Shown here: piece after piece, positions 26,601-38,534 of the stretch
Numbering within the stretch: the stretch's first letter is position 1
How the letters are laid out: every line of letters begins with the position of its first letter
Origin: Paraspadella gotoi
Lineage: Eukaryota > Animalia > Chaetognatha
NCBI GenBank assembly: GCA_051294375.1
Contig: JBJCIZ010000744.1
Location: forward strand, 500,264-564,263
DNA length: 64,000 nucleotides
Direction: 5' to 3'
Made by a program: the position numbers and the translations under genes
The notes under the pieces: model-generated
Databases searched by the model: none
What the model saw: the letters and a program-made list of their open reading frames with translations, nothing else
Told to the model about the DNA's origin: nothing

Positions 26601-29600
26601 TAAGACACGATTTGAGAGGCGAAAGGCAACGCCGTCCACGAGGGAAGCGAAGCGGCGTCGCGGCAAAAAGAAGGCGCGAGATTCGGATCGGCAGCGACGA
26701 GTGAGAGGAGTTTGGGAAAGTGGACGTGAGAAGACGCCGCTTGGAATTTGATGGCCGAGAGAAAAGCGCTGATAATTCGCGACGGAAACGAGGCGGCGTC
26801 GATAGGCGACGGCGTTCCATCGTCGGAATCGACGAATTGTAACATGAAAACGCCGAGAGCGAGAAAATCTTTTCCGTTTGCTCCAGGGGCGGAGGCCGCT
26901 TTCTCCAGAGTTTCGCGCGCAGCATCGAGAAACGCCGCTTCGGCGTCGATCGGCGCCGCTTCTTCGGCGGCGTCGCCTTTGATCAACCGCAGGGTTCCAA
27001 GGACATAAGGATTATCGAAGGCGACGAGATGGCTCCGCAGCTGCAGCGCAGCAACTTGATAGAGATCGGCGAGGACGTTTAAACGAGCAGCGTCGGGCGC
27101 AGCGTCCGACCTCAGATCGCGAATGGCCTTGTGGACGTTGCGTTTTCGGTCCACGCCGCAACGAAACGCTTCCGTCTGTAATTTTCCCGAGAGAGAGAGG
27201 ATCTTGGCCTCCATTTCCTTGTCAGGCCCTGAATGCTTGAGGCCGCGAAGGACACGGAAAGTAAGTTCGAAGGAACGCTGAAAGAGTCCGGCTTCGGCGA
27301 ATTCGAGCATCGATTCCTCGCGGAATCTCGTCGCTTCCATCTCGAATCGGTCAGAGTCGAGGTCGACCCGGCGAAGGACGGAGGCAATCACGTTCGTCAA
27401 AGTCGTTCGATTCGTCACGCTCGTCTGCCAAGAGGACAGATCGTCTCGACGAGGGTCCATCGGACGGCGTCGCCAACGCTCGATCAGGGCCAGGGCGTCG
27501 TCGATGGACGGTCGATTGGCCACGTGAATAAATTCCCCGATCTCTCGTAGATGACGCAGGGTGGAAAGTTGGCGTCGACGCGCGTCGGAAAGGAGTGGAT
27601 CGGCGGCGGACCAAGCATCGACGAAGGCGCCGTAACTCGTCTCGACGTAAAAATCTGCTTTTTCTAATTTCTTTTTCATCGCGGAGACGAGAGCGAGCTC
27701 GTCGGCGAAGGTTCCTTCAAGGAAGGCCCGCTTGGCGGCGTCTTCGAAACAGGTTTCCACGTAGGCAAAGGGATCTCTGCCCTCCGCGTTTCTAAGGCTC
27801 TTCAGTTTGTAAGACAAGAGACGCTCCTTTAGAGGCGACGACCAAATGGCGGCGTCATCGCCAAGTGCCTCGTCCACCTCCTTCCAATCTTGCAGGGCCG
27901 CGGCGCAGCGAACCCGACATTCTTGGATCCATATTTTGGCCTCGGGATCTTCGGGCACTTCGATCTCTTGGTATTTCTTCAACGCGGTTTTGATCATCCC
28001 GTTCGCTTCTTCGTTAACGGCGTCGACCAATGGCGGGCCCCACGATTCGAGCATGGCGGGCCCCGTTGAGGCGTACCTAACCAACAGGGCGGTCGCCTCG
28101 TCTCGATTTTCCATCTCGGCCAACAATCGGGCCAACTGGAGTCCAAGACCGTCGTCGAACCGCAGCCCGGGATCGTCGGGGCATTTCGAGGCTTCGGATT
28201 CGATCTTGCGTCGTTTTGCATTTCGCTCGTTGCCATGGTCACGCGGCGAAGTTAGAGCGAGTTTCTGCAGACAAGCGACGCCATTGAGGAGATTGGACTT
28301 AAAGGATGAGAGGCTCGCGGCGGCGACGAGTTTGGGACGTAACGAGCAGGCGGGGACACGTTCGGAGATAGAGAGAACGCAGGAGATGAAGGAGGGAGAA
28401 ATAAAGCGGCTTTCGGAGAGTATTCGGTTGAAGACGAGAGATAATTCGGCCGCTCGGGCATCGGGACGGCCGGTCAAAATGCTGGCACCGAGCGCGGAGA
28501 ACAAGCGCAATGCCAGGCGTTGATCCCTCGAGGCCAGGCTGAGCAAGGGAACGAAGAGATCGGACAATTTGAGAAGTTGAATATCGGGAAAATCTCCTTG
28601 GCGATACTGACGATAAGCCTGGACGCGCTCCTTTCTCTCCGAGCGAATTCTCCGAATTCTTTCGCCTTTTTTTCGAAGTTGAGACCGAATGGCGGCGTCT
28701 CTGACGTCGTCCGCAGATCCCTTGACGAACCGTTTGGCTCCCACGTCGCCGGAGAGCAGCTTCCGCGTTTGAGAGCCGGAGAACCGATCGCCGGACTTGA
28801 ATTTGGCGGAGACGAGGAGCGAGGAATCCGTGACGGCGGTCTCGATGTCGAGCGAAGCCGCTGGCGCCATCGTCGGTGTGAAAAGCTGCATTCGACTCGA
28901 CGCCTCCTGCGTCGCTTCGATCAGACGAAGAGACGCGGCGCTGCCGACTGCTGCCGTCTGCGTCTCGGCGAAAAGCGGCGTCATCGTCGGCGCCTGTTCC
29001 TGGGGGCCAGGTTGGAGATTGAGCGGAAGAAACTCGCAAGGAGAGAGAGGATGCTCGAAAAAGGGATCGTCGAAACGCGGAGAAGCAGAAACGGATTCGA
29101 GCAAAAGGTTTGAAGAGTAAGAGAGGAAGAGATCTTCTTGATCCGGAGTGTAGACCAGTTGAAATAGAGACCTGAGCCGATCTTCGGGCGAATTCGGTAA
29201 AAGCGAGACCCAAAAGGATTTGGATTTGAGAGCGACGTCGTCTTCCGCGTCGACGAGACCGTCGATGAGCGATTTCTCAGAAATGACGCGAAGTTCCTTT
29301 AATTTGTCGTCGTCTTTGGTCGCATCGTGAACGAGGATCATGATTTCGACGGCGGCCAACTTTGCTTCTTTCGTCGGTAATTTTTCGATCCCGGATGCGG
29401 CCCGAATCATCGTCGACCAACGCTGCACGCCCTCCAGCGAGTGACGCAGGATCTTAAGAAAGACGAAGAGCGCGAGTTGAGCGGCGTCGGCGTCGACCGG
29501 CGTCATCACGAGATCCGCAATGTTTTCTCGAAGGAAAGCGTCGTCGGCGAAAATTTCCGTCAAGAGCGGCGCCGGAAGTCGGTGGAGGATCTCGATGGCC

Positions 29601-32600
29601 GAGAGGCGAATCGGACCAAAGAGACGCGAAAAGCGGGAGGCGACGCGCGTGGCGAATCGTCGACAACTCGGCCACGACAATAACTGCGGAAAGTGTTTGG
29701 TGACTCCAGACAAAACGTGAAGGAAACTCTCGAACTTTTCCTGTTCGCTTCGCTCTAAACAAGAGACCACATGGTCGTCCACGCGACTCTGCAGAGGCGG
29801 GGCGATTTTTTCGACGAAAGATTTCAAGACGAGACCCAAAACTTCGGAGAAACACTCCAAATTTCTTTTCGCCGTACCGCGAAGGTGATCGGTCAACGCT
29901 TTGATTCTTTTCGCCAGAAGATCCAAAGACGTTAATTCTTCCTTCGGCGCCGAAGGGTAGCCTTCCAAGAGCAAAGTGGCCAGGGCATTGGCGCCAGTGA
30001 CGCAGACGCGTTGGTCGCCGGCTTCGTTCTTCCCGATCAGTCCGTAGATGACGTCGTAGGGAACCTTAAAATCCGGCGCCCCTTTCGCGACGGAGAGCAA
30101 AGTTTTGAAAACCTCCAGATTGAATCTTACGATGGGGTTTTTTTCGTGGTGCAAATGTCGCGTCAAATACTTGGCCAGGAGGGACAAGTCGTCAGAATGA
30201 TCTTTCTCCTCGAAGGAGAAGGAAAAGAGGAGGAGGAGCAAATCCATGGAGAAATAACTCGGCTCCGCGAGTTCGATCACGAGTTTCGTCAAGGGTTCGA
30301 CGAGGCGACGTCCGTAGCAGCGGACGTGAGGGGCGAGATTTAGCAAGAGCTTTGCGACGAAGACTCGGGAGTTTTTGTCCTGCGTCGACGTAGTGTTTAG
30401 CTTCTTGACCAAACACTCGAACCATCCGGGAATCACGTCGCCGGAAGTCGACGGCGTGATGTCGGTGGCGAGGTCGATGACGAGATCCATCAACGGCGCC
30501 ATCACGGGATGACGGTTGACGCAGTCCATCTCGATTTCGACGGCGCCGGAATCCGCAGCGGCCAAAGAATGAAGCTCGTCCTCCGCGACGTCGGCGATTG
30601 ACTGGGACGATTTGGGAATCAAGTCGTAAGTAGAAACGTCCTCCATCAGGCTGCTCGTCTCTCCGCCAAAAAACTGCGTCGATGGCGCCGGATCATCGGC
30701 GATATCTCTCGCGCCGGATCGAATGGCGCGAAAGTGGCGCCGTCGGGAGAGCGCCTTTTCCAGTTCCACGGGGAATTCGAATCCTTCGTCCTGACGAATC
30801 AGATTAGCGGAGAAAGAGTCGAACTTTGAAAATACAAGTTTCACGGCAAACATTTCAGACTTTTGTCCGCGCTGGGTGACGGCGACGACGGATAAAAGGG
30901 CGTTGAAGGCGGCGACCCTGAGGCGCCAATGGGCGTGGCGCAGGCGCGGCGGAGACGACTCGTGCTTCATTTCTTCCCATCGCTTGGAAGCGACGTTGGC
31001 GAAAAAGGCGCGAATGTTTTTCGAATCTCCGTTTTTGAACTGAAGCGGAATGGAAGACGAATCATCGGTCAAATACTCGACGGAGAAATAGAGGAAAAAG
31101 AAACGAATCAAGACGAAGCATCCGGCGGCGACTGCCAATTTAGCGACGGCCTCCAGTTCCGAGTCGGCGAGAGAATCGGAGGAAAGGCATCCTTCTTTGA
31201 TGGAATCGAGATGTCGGCTGAAAAACTCGTTGACGACTTTTGCTCTGGCGCCACGAAGAAGCGGCGAGAGGAATGCGTCGACGGCCTTGACGCGCGCTTG
31301 CGTCGCCATCTCTCGCGTTGACTCCTCCCGGCGGAAAACGGCGTAGACGGCGTCGAGAATGTCCGCTTGGCGAGGCGCCGGTTGTTGGCGTATGGCGGCG
31401 ATCAGCGAGGTTTCGACAGCGCTTTCGGCGTCGACGTCGACGGCGCTGCCGATTCGAACGGAGAGATGAACAAGGCCCTTCAAGACAAAGGCAGAACCGG
31501 TTGCAGAGAAGACGTCGAGCATAGCGGAGAGACAAGGAGGCCGTTGATCCTCCGACAAAAAAGCGATGAACCGAAGGAGAGATTTGTCCAACACCTCGTC
31601 GAATCCGGCGACGCCGACGAGGATGCCGAGCAAAAGTAGCTTGATTTCCAATGGTTCCGTCTCGGCGGCGTTCAGTAATCGCGCCGCCGATTCCGCCATT
31701 GCCGGAAACGAGACGTCGTGGCGCTTGGCGAGGTTCGAAAAAGATTTGAATATCGTCAGCGATATTTCTTTGTCCGTTTTAGTATAAAACATTCTTTCTA
31801 CGTCGCGCCATCGTCGTCGGAACACGTCGGCGACGACCTCGGATTTTCTCTTCTCTCCCGCGGAGAAGTCGACGACGTCTCGAAGAATCCCGCGGGCGAA
31901 GTCGCGGTCGTCGATGCCGTCGACGGCCTCGTCGACGAGAGAATCCAATGCGGCGTCGAATTGAAGAACGAAGGTTAATAGAGAAGATTTAAAGGCGGAG
32001 TAAAAAGAGTCGCCTCTTGTTACGACGCCATCCCGTTTACTTTCGACGCGTTGAGGATTGAGCAGCAAACGCGAGAGAAATCGTCCATCCACTTTGGACA
32101 CTTGGGCCGAATGCAATTCGGAAACGAGTTCGAGGATTTTCGAGCAGACGACTTTCGTCGACGGGGAGAGAGTCGAGTCGACTGAAACAGAAGAGACGAC
32201 GACGTCGAAAAGACAAGGAAGCGCGGAGACGCTCCAATCCGAATCGAATAATTCGGGGACGACGCGGACGAGACACTTGAGTCCCACGATTCGTTCCAAC
32301 TTTTCGGAATTTTCCTCGAGGGCGGAGACAACACCAGAGTCTAAAAGCGAAGCGACAAATCCTTCTTCTCGTTCCATTCGAACGACGATCTTGAACTCCT
32401 TCGCGATCGGCGCGTGATTTTCGGCCAAGTCTTCGATGAGACCGACGGTTTCTTCGCCGAGCTCTCGGGGGCCGCGACCGCGTGCCGAGGAGAAGCCGAG
32501 AGACGAAGGAGAAAGGAGACAATCGACGAGAAGCCTCGTCATCTTTTCCTCGATGATTTCGGAGAGAACGAGAGAGTCCACGCCGCTCTTCGTCAAGGAT

Positions 32601-35600
32601 CGAAGAAAGAGAATTAGACGAGCGACAACGCGACATTTCAATTGACGAAACATCGTCTCCCGCCGACGAAACATTAAGCCATTCACTTCTTCGACGAAAT
32701 GACGAATCCACGTCAAAACCCGGGGTGCGGCGGAAGAACCGACGCCGAAAATGGCGCCGGGACGCAAGAGTTTGGCGCCGAAAAAGGCCGCGTAGCAGTC
32801 GAGGGCGGCGTGGAGGTCGACGAGGAACCCGTGGTCACATCGGAGAGGGTCATTATCGATGGGAACGGTTTCAGCGTCGACGCGGTTGCGCTCGAAGAGA
32901 TCCACGAAGAACTGGGGGCCGGATTGGGCGAGACGCCGCCCGACGAAAGTGAGAGGGTCGGAATTTGCCGCGGCGAGCGTCTCGGCGAGAAACTCGAGGA
33001 TCTCCCGACGAGCGACCGTCTGTCGGACGCCGACGCGGCGCAACAACCAGTTCGACAACGCCTTCAACGACGCCGCCTCCATTCCGCGAGGCAGTCGGCG
33101 CCCGCGGGACTCCTCGTCTTCGCGAGACAAGAGAGGCCGAACGTCGGGATGTTGAAGAATGCGGCGAAGGTGGCGAAGGGAAGTTTGGAGTTCTTTGACC
33201 ACGACGGAGGAGGAGGAAGAGGAAGAGACTGGATCCTCGTCATCCTCGTCGTCGTCGTCGACGAGACAAAGAGATTCCAAAAACCCGGTGACGAGATCGA
33301 AGAAGAAGAGATTAACTGAAGAAAAGAATTTAGTACTAAGCTAATAGTTGTAATATAAAAGCAATCATATTTCTTACCCAATTTAAGCTTTTCCCGAAAA
33401 ACGGTGCTGATCCGATTAAAAGCCACTGCGGCGCCCATTCGCTTCCCGGCGTCGGGATGCCGCGCCATCGCAGTCACGCGCTTCAAAAGGCCCTTGGCGC
33501 CCACGCCGTCCGCCCGATCGAACCAGAGGAAGAACTCTCGAAAACAGTCGGCGGCGACCGACTGCAGACGGGAATCTTCGGACGCCAACGAAGTCGTAAC
33601 TGCCCCGACGACAGCGAGGGCTTCGGCGCTATTAGCGTCGCGACCGGAAGTCAACCAGTGGACGAGCGGAAAGGTGAGTTTACGAAAGAGGCCTTCGACG
33701 AAGGCGTCTGTGGAGACGCAGAGGCGCAAGAGAACTGGAAACACGCGTTCGAAAAACTTGTCCATCGGCGCCTGACGTCGCGCCTCGTCCGGCGTGGTGG
33801 CACTGCGGCCGATGGCGAGGACGACGACGCCGTGAAGCAGCTCGCAGGCGGACGTCTTGGTCTGACGATCGACGGCGTTCAGCGCCAAGTCGCAAACGAG
33901 AGGCAAGAAGTCATCCAGATAAAGAAAGACGCGGGTGGATGGAAATGGAATTTCCAGGCGCACGTGCTTGGCCGAGTCCCAAGCGAAGACGGCGTCGCGA
34001 TCGACGGTCGTCAGCGAGGAGGCGGCGCCGGATCCGATCTTGCCGAGAAAGGCGAGGACGCGACGGACAAGATGGGCGGCGCTGGGGGAGTCGTCACCGG
34101 GGTCGACGCCCGCTTGACGCAAGAGTCGATCGCGCTGGGCGTAATGACGAAGAGCCGCGTGAGAGACGTTCTTCTGACGAGATTTGGTAGAGGACGCCGT
34201 CTCGGGCGTCATTTCGGGCGTCGTCTTCGACCCGGCGCCGATCAAGAGTCGGGATAATTTAGTCAAAACCTGGGCGCGAAGAAAAGGCGCCCAGAGTTTC
34301 TCCGAGAGGCGCGACGTCCAGTGCTCCAGTGAGTCGAGAGCCGATAAAGACAAGGAGGCGTCGCCGTGATCCAACGCCGCCTCCACGACGAGAGACGCCG
34401 CCTCGGGATCGCCCTCGACGACGCGGTGCGGTGCAGAGAGCAACATCTTGAGTAGCGAGTTAAGGAGCTCGCCGTGGAATGCTGGTAAAAAGATTTTTAA
34501 AAGATATTGCCATGTTTGTCTTTTTTTTTTTTGCTCGTATTTTAAAACTTCGCTTTTTTTATCATGAGTTGTAATCATTTACATTTTAACATTTCACGTA
34601 TCATGGCAATATGTATCATATATTACGTATTATGAGTCATTTCGTTTCCTCTTTCCCTTTTATTTTTCTCAATTTCCCTCCATTCACTTCCTCACCTTTG
34701 ATCCGCTTGACTTTTCTTTTAAAGAATCCGCGGCAGAGATCGAGAAAATCATCGTCCTTGTCGTCGTCGTCGTCGTCGTCGTCGTCGAAAACTTGGACCC
34801 TCCTTCCGACGGAGAAGAAGAAGGCGAGGAGTTTGTAAAAGGCGGAGACGAGGGGAAAGTCGAGGGAGGCGACGACGAGGCGCCGGCAGACAAACGGCGC
34901 CCACGGCTTCAACGCCGCGTCGGGAACGCCGTCGAGAGCGGCGACAAAAGTCTCCGCCAGGTTGATAACCGTCTGCCAATCCCGAGGCGTCGAAGCGACC
35001 AGGCGTTCGAGAGGATCCGGGGTAGCTAGAGAGATGTGCAATTGTACAATGATATAATATATATTTGATAAACTGCTATTGTCACCAAATGACTGACCTT
35101 CCTTTTCCTCGTCCACGGTCGTCTCCAAATCTAGCCGATCGACGATGAAGACGACGGCGTCCAAGAATTGGGCGAGGACGGCGCCGACGAGACGCTGCGC
35201 CGCTTCCGGGGAGCAGACGCCCTCGTAGTCATCGCGGAGCAGATGGCGCCAGAGTGGGAAAAAGCGGTCGCAAGTGAGAACGGCAATCGAGGACGTCGAA
35301 GCGGCGTTGAAAGGCTTGAGATCCGAATCAAGCGCAACGTCGGATTCCGGGGTGAGTGACGCCTGATAACCAACCATGGATTGTCCCCTGGCGGCCATCG
35401 TGTTTTCCCATCCCGTCGCGGCCAGCGTCTCCACTGCGTCGTCGTTCCCCGCTGATTCCGCTGCCGCGACCCGCTGACGTCGAGAAGCCTCGGCCTTTGT
35501 TGGGAGGAGACAGACACGCATGAGACTTTGGCGGACGATCCGTTGGAGGATGAGAGGAAATGAAGGCGTCGTTGACTGCAGCGTCGAAAGGAGATTGACG

Positions 35601-38216
35601 AGGGCTGAGAGGAACAATTCAAAATTTGGAATAAAATGCGTAGTTTTGAAATTATTTATCTGTACCTTATCACAAGTTTCCTTCCCTCGATTATCGCTCA
35701 ATCTCATTTGCATAATGTCGTAAATGTCGTAAAGAACACACAGTTCTAAATATATAGATTGTGTAGCGGTAGTATTTCATACCCCGCTACTCGTCCGAGA
35801 ATCAGCAGCACCTATGGGGCCGGAGGTAGCACGAGCTCCTCCCAACCCAAAGGACTCGGGTTCGTGCCCTGCTGATTCACACAAGTAAAAGCGGGACGGG
35901 GAGTCCAACCCACCTGTAGTGACGGACTACAGCCCGATCCGAAGTTCGGGACCTTGTGTGCAACGGACGGTGAACTGCTCGCGGCATCGTCTTCCACAAT
36001 TGATTATTTAACCGATACCCCTTTCTTAGTATCAAACCCCCAATTAACATGGAAATAAATGTCAAAAAGCCCGAGCACCACCAGCCAGCACCCGCACGTC
36101 CAAACGACCGACCTCCGCATCCCGTCCGCGAATGACTCTGCGCCAGATGAGGAAATTCTCGAAAGAACTTTCCGACGATCCTCTCGATCCTCGTCGCCAG
36201 CGAGGCGGAGACGTCGTCGAGGGCGGCGATCACATGACCGAGGGAAAGGAGAAAGTCGGGGAACAGGCGCAGCCGTTCCCATGGCAACGGGGAGTCGGAG
36301 GAGACTTGGATTTCCGCCTCCGTCGCCGAGAGGACGCGTTCGAACATGAAGCTCATCACGTCGGACTCGCTTTCCTAAACGTGAGGGGAACGAAAGGAAT
36401 CGATCGTTATTGCGTAATCGGTATATTATGTATTCTGTAATTCGCCGCCTCGGGCAGAATTTAATTAATCAATTTTTCTCTTTTTCATTCTTCCACGCCC
36501 ACCTTCGTAAACTTCTTGGCGACGCCGGCCAAAAGGGAATAAGTCTTGACGGCGCCGGCGCGACGATGGGCGCGGAATTGCGAAGACGTGGCGCCGGAGG
36601 AGGTGGACGACGAAGCCGAGTGGGTTTCGTCGAGGAATTCCGAATCTCGCAAGCGACGCTGAAAAAAGTGGAATATCTCCAGCGGAGAGTCGACGCCGTC
36701 GTCGAGGGCCATCTCGTCGTCGGCGATAACCTCGGCGATGATCTTGACGCACTCGTAGCTGCAGGTCGACGCTAAAGAAGACATTTCAGCATTTCTGAGA
36801 AAAGACAGACATGAAAATTGAAAAAAGTCAAACACGGCCGTTGACAATCTTCAAATCTTTTCGACCCACTTGTGATTGATCCAAAACCCCAAGCGATCCA
36901 TCAACCGCTCGTAAGCGGCCACCAAGGGACGCCGCAGAATGTAGGCGTGGCGGGCGAGAAGCTTGAGGCCTCCGCGAACGACGTCGTATGATCTAGTGGC
37001 GCTCTCGACTTCCTTGGAGACAGATTTGAGGGCGAGATCGAATACGAGGCGAGTCTCCTCCTCGGTCAGAGTGGAGAATTGGTAGAGGACTCCCGTCAGG
37101 CCGAAGAGGCATCCGCTAGTAACGAGATAGGATTAATTATTATTATACAATATACAGTACACGACTTACTCCCTTCTAGTATTGGAAATTAATTAAAAAA
37201 GCCAATCACTTGTAACCAAAAAGGAGTTTGTCCACCTTCAAACACGATTTCAAAACCTCGAACCTGCAAATGTTAAAGTCTCTGGACTCGAGCACCGTCG
37301 TCTTCTCCATCGTCGATCTCAGCGTCGAGAGGAAAAACCTCTTGAGTGTTTCGGCGAAAGGACATCGATCGGGGAAGAGCTCCGCGAGGAGGCCGAGAAA
37401 GTCGTAGAGCTCCTTGAGCAGAGAGTGTTGGGTCTTCTTCACCTCCAAGCGAACGTAGGCGAAGAGTTCGTTTCCAAGTTTAGCCACGTCCAGATCAGGG
37501 AAATCTGGAGAAAATCATATCACGTCTAGATATACATTTTCTCAGCATCATATCAGAGAGAGAGAGAAAGTCAGAGAGAGACAAAGATCTTGAATTAAAA
37601 GTAAAACTGATTGGCTGAGTGACGTTCACCACACAGCTTGGATAACAATTCTTACCCTCTCCGTCCTTCCTAACGGAGGCCAGGCGCAAGAGTTTGCGCA
37701 AGCACTTGGTCGCTTCGATCTTCACCGGAGAGGCGTCGCAGCATTTGATCAGCGTCGCGCACGTCGTCTTCAGCGCCGGCGCGTGAGGATGCAGCGAAGC
37801 GGCGTCGCGCTCGGCCACTTTGCCCAAGTAGGTCGTCAAAAAGGAGAGGAGGTGCTTGAGGACGTCTTTTTGTAGGTCTTTGTTTCGGTAGACGTCGGGC
37901 GATTGGAGGAATCGTAGCACGCCCTGAGAAGACGAAAGGGAGAAATGAAAGGAATGGGGGGGATTCCCACATTTCCTAACTTGATGATAAGAATGAAATG
38001 AGAGTTTGCCCAATCACACCCACTCTTCAAAAAACCCACTACCTTGTTTGCATCGAAAATCATCAAAGTGCAAAGTCGAATCTCCTTTTTCTTCTTAACG
38101 TCGTCGAGCGCCGACGAGATCAGCGCCGCCACGTGGTGACCCAGGCGCGGGAGGTCGGCTCCGCAATCGAACAGCGCCGCCAGACCCGACTCCACCTTGT
38201 GAACACCGGACGTCAT
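20627..38216 (-). CDS. PRKDC: DNA-dependent protein kinase catalytic subunit (~15 exons, including a ~7.1-kb exon at ~33316-26209)
   Basis: [31 protein letters not shown] and ATQ cluster, [13 protein letters not shown] region, kinase [13 protein letters not shown] and [21 protein letters not shown] end [11 protein letters not shown]. Confidence 0.95.
21241..21377. repeat. Intronic minisatellite, ~22-24 bp unit (caggataagaaggatttataaatgtt-like)
   Basis: About five imperfect tandem copies. Confidence 0.85.
22436..23850 (+). CDS. Probable five-to-six-exon orphan gene nested antisense in a PRKDC intron
   Basis: ATG at 22436 with donor gtaagt at 22509; open GC-rich exon ~22593-23045; further frame-consistent AG/GT exons at ~23148-23278, 23344-23422, 23483-23647 and 23735-23850, followed by AATAAA runs. 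One donor (~23046) is non-canonical or mis-sequenced. Confidence 0.55.
25152..25772 (-). CDS. Intronless DnaJ/Hsp40 (DNAJB6/B8-like) nested on the same strand in a PRKDC intron
   Basis: [40 protein letters not shown]-domain, F-rich linker [17 protein letters not shown]-rich C-terminus. Confidence 0.9.
   Translation of the reverse strand: MSSNVESDDYYEILGVRKSADQEEIRKAYRQAALKWHPDKNPDNEQRAQEVFKKVAEAYEVLSDPDRREHYDCLGRGQSLQSARPGSQFRTFRFTNPDQLFRQFFGDFGSSVNFSMNITTATGGRDAGGGIVTIQTTTIKSSDEEGKTKTTTTTKTTTSSNRKTRTVHNGRTEVVVERNGRVLSHTVDGVEKVVNGKEKAKKRKLR
35762..35998 (+). mobile_element. Solo-LTR-like element 2 (tRNA-like head plus twister-like ribozyme) in a PRKDC intron
   Basis: TGTAG...CCACA termini; exact 4-bp TSD attg at 35758-35761 and 35999-36002; tRNA-like region 35800-35877 with A/B-box-like motifs closed by aatcagcag/ctgctgatt. 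Confidence 0.75.
35878..35960 (+). ncRNA. Circularly permuted twister-like ribozyme
   Basis: cacacaag-taaaa-gcgg-GA-CGGG-gagtc-CAA-ccc-ACC-tgtagt..actaca-g-cccga-UCCG-AAGU-tcggg-ac-cttgtgtg. T2 is AC/GU, compensatory relative to copy 1. Predicted cut between 35906 and 35907. Confidence 0.7.
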
Positions 38217-38534
38217 GGCCTTTTTTTAGGTTATGGTTTTATTTTTATCTCGAAAAATAAAACCGTTTCGTTGAGGTTTTTCATTGCACTTTTTTTTTTG
38301 TCACTCACATAAAAACCTGTAATCTTTACTATATATCCGGTAGATAAGAAAAATTAACTTAAAAGAGGCTCTAGATAAAAACACGATAGCAACGCGATGA
38401 AATCATCCTGCCAGCAGGAAACGTTTTAGTAAAGCTTTAAGTACATTTAGTCACATAAAAATATATCTCTAAATGATGCGTCTAAAAAGTTGGAAGTCAC
38501 AACTGCCAATTAATCGAGTCATGGTGGAGGAGAA

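Noticed and set aside
26220-34369. Many long antisense or alternative-frame ORFs over PRKDC
   Set aside because: Shadow ORFs expected from GC-rich codon usage; no motifs.
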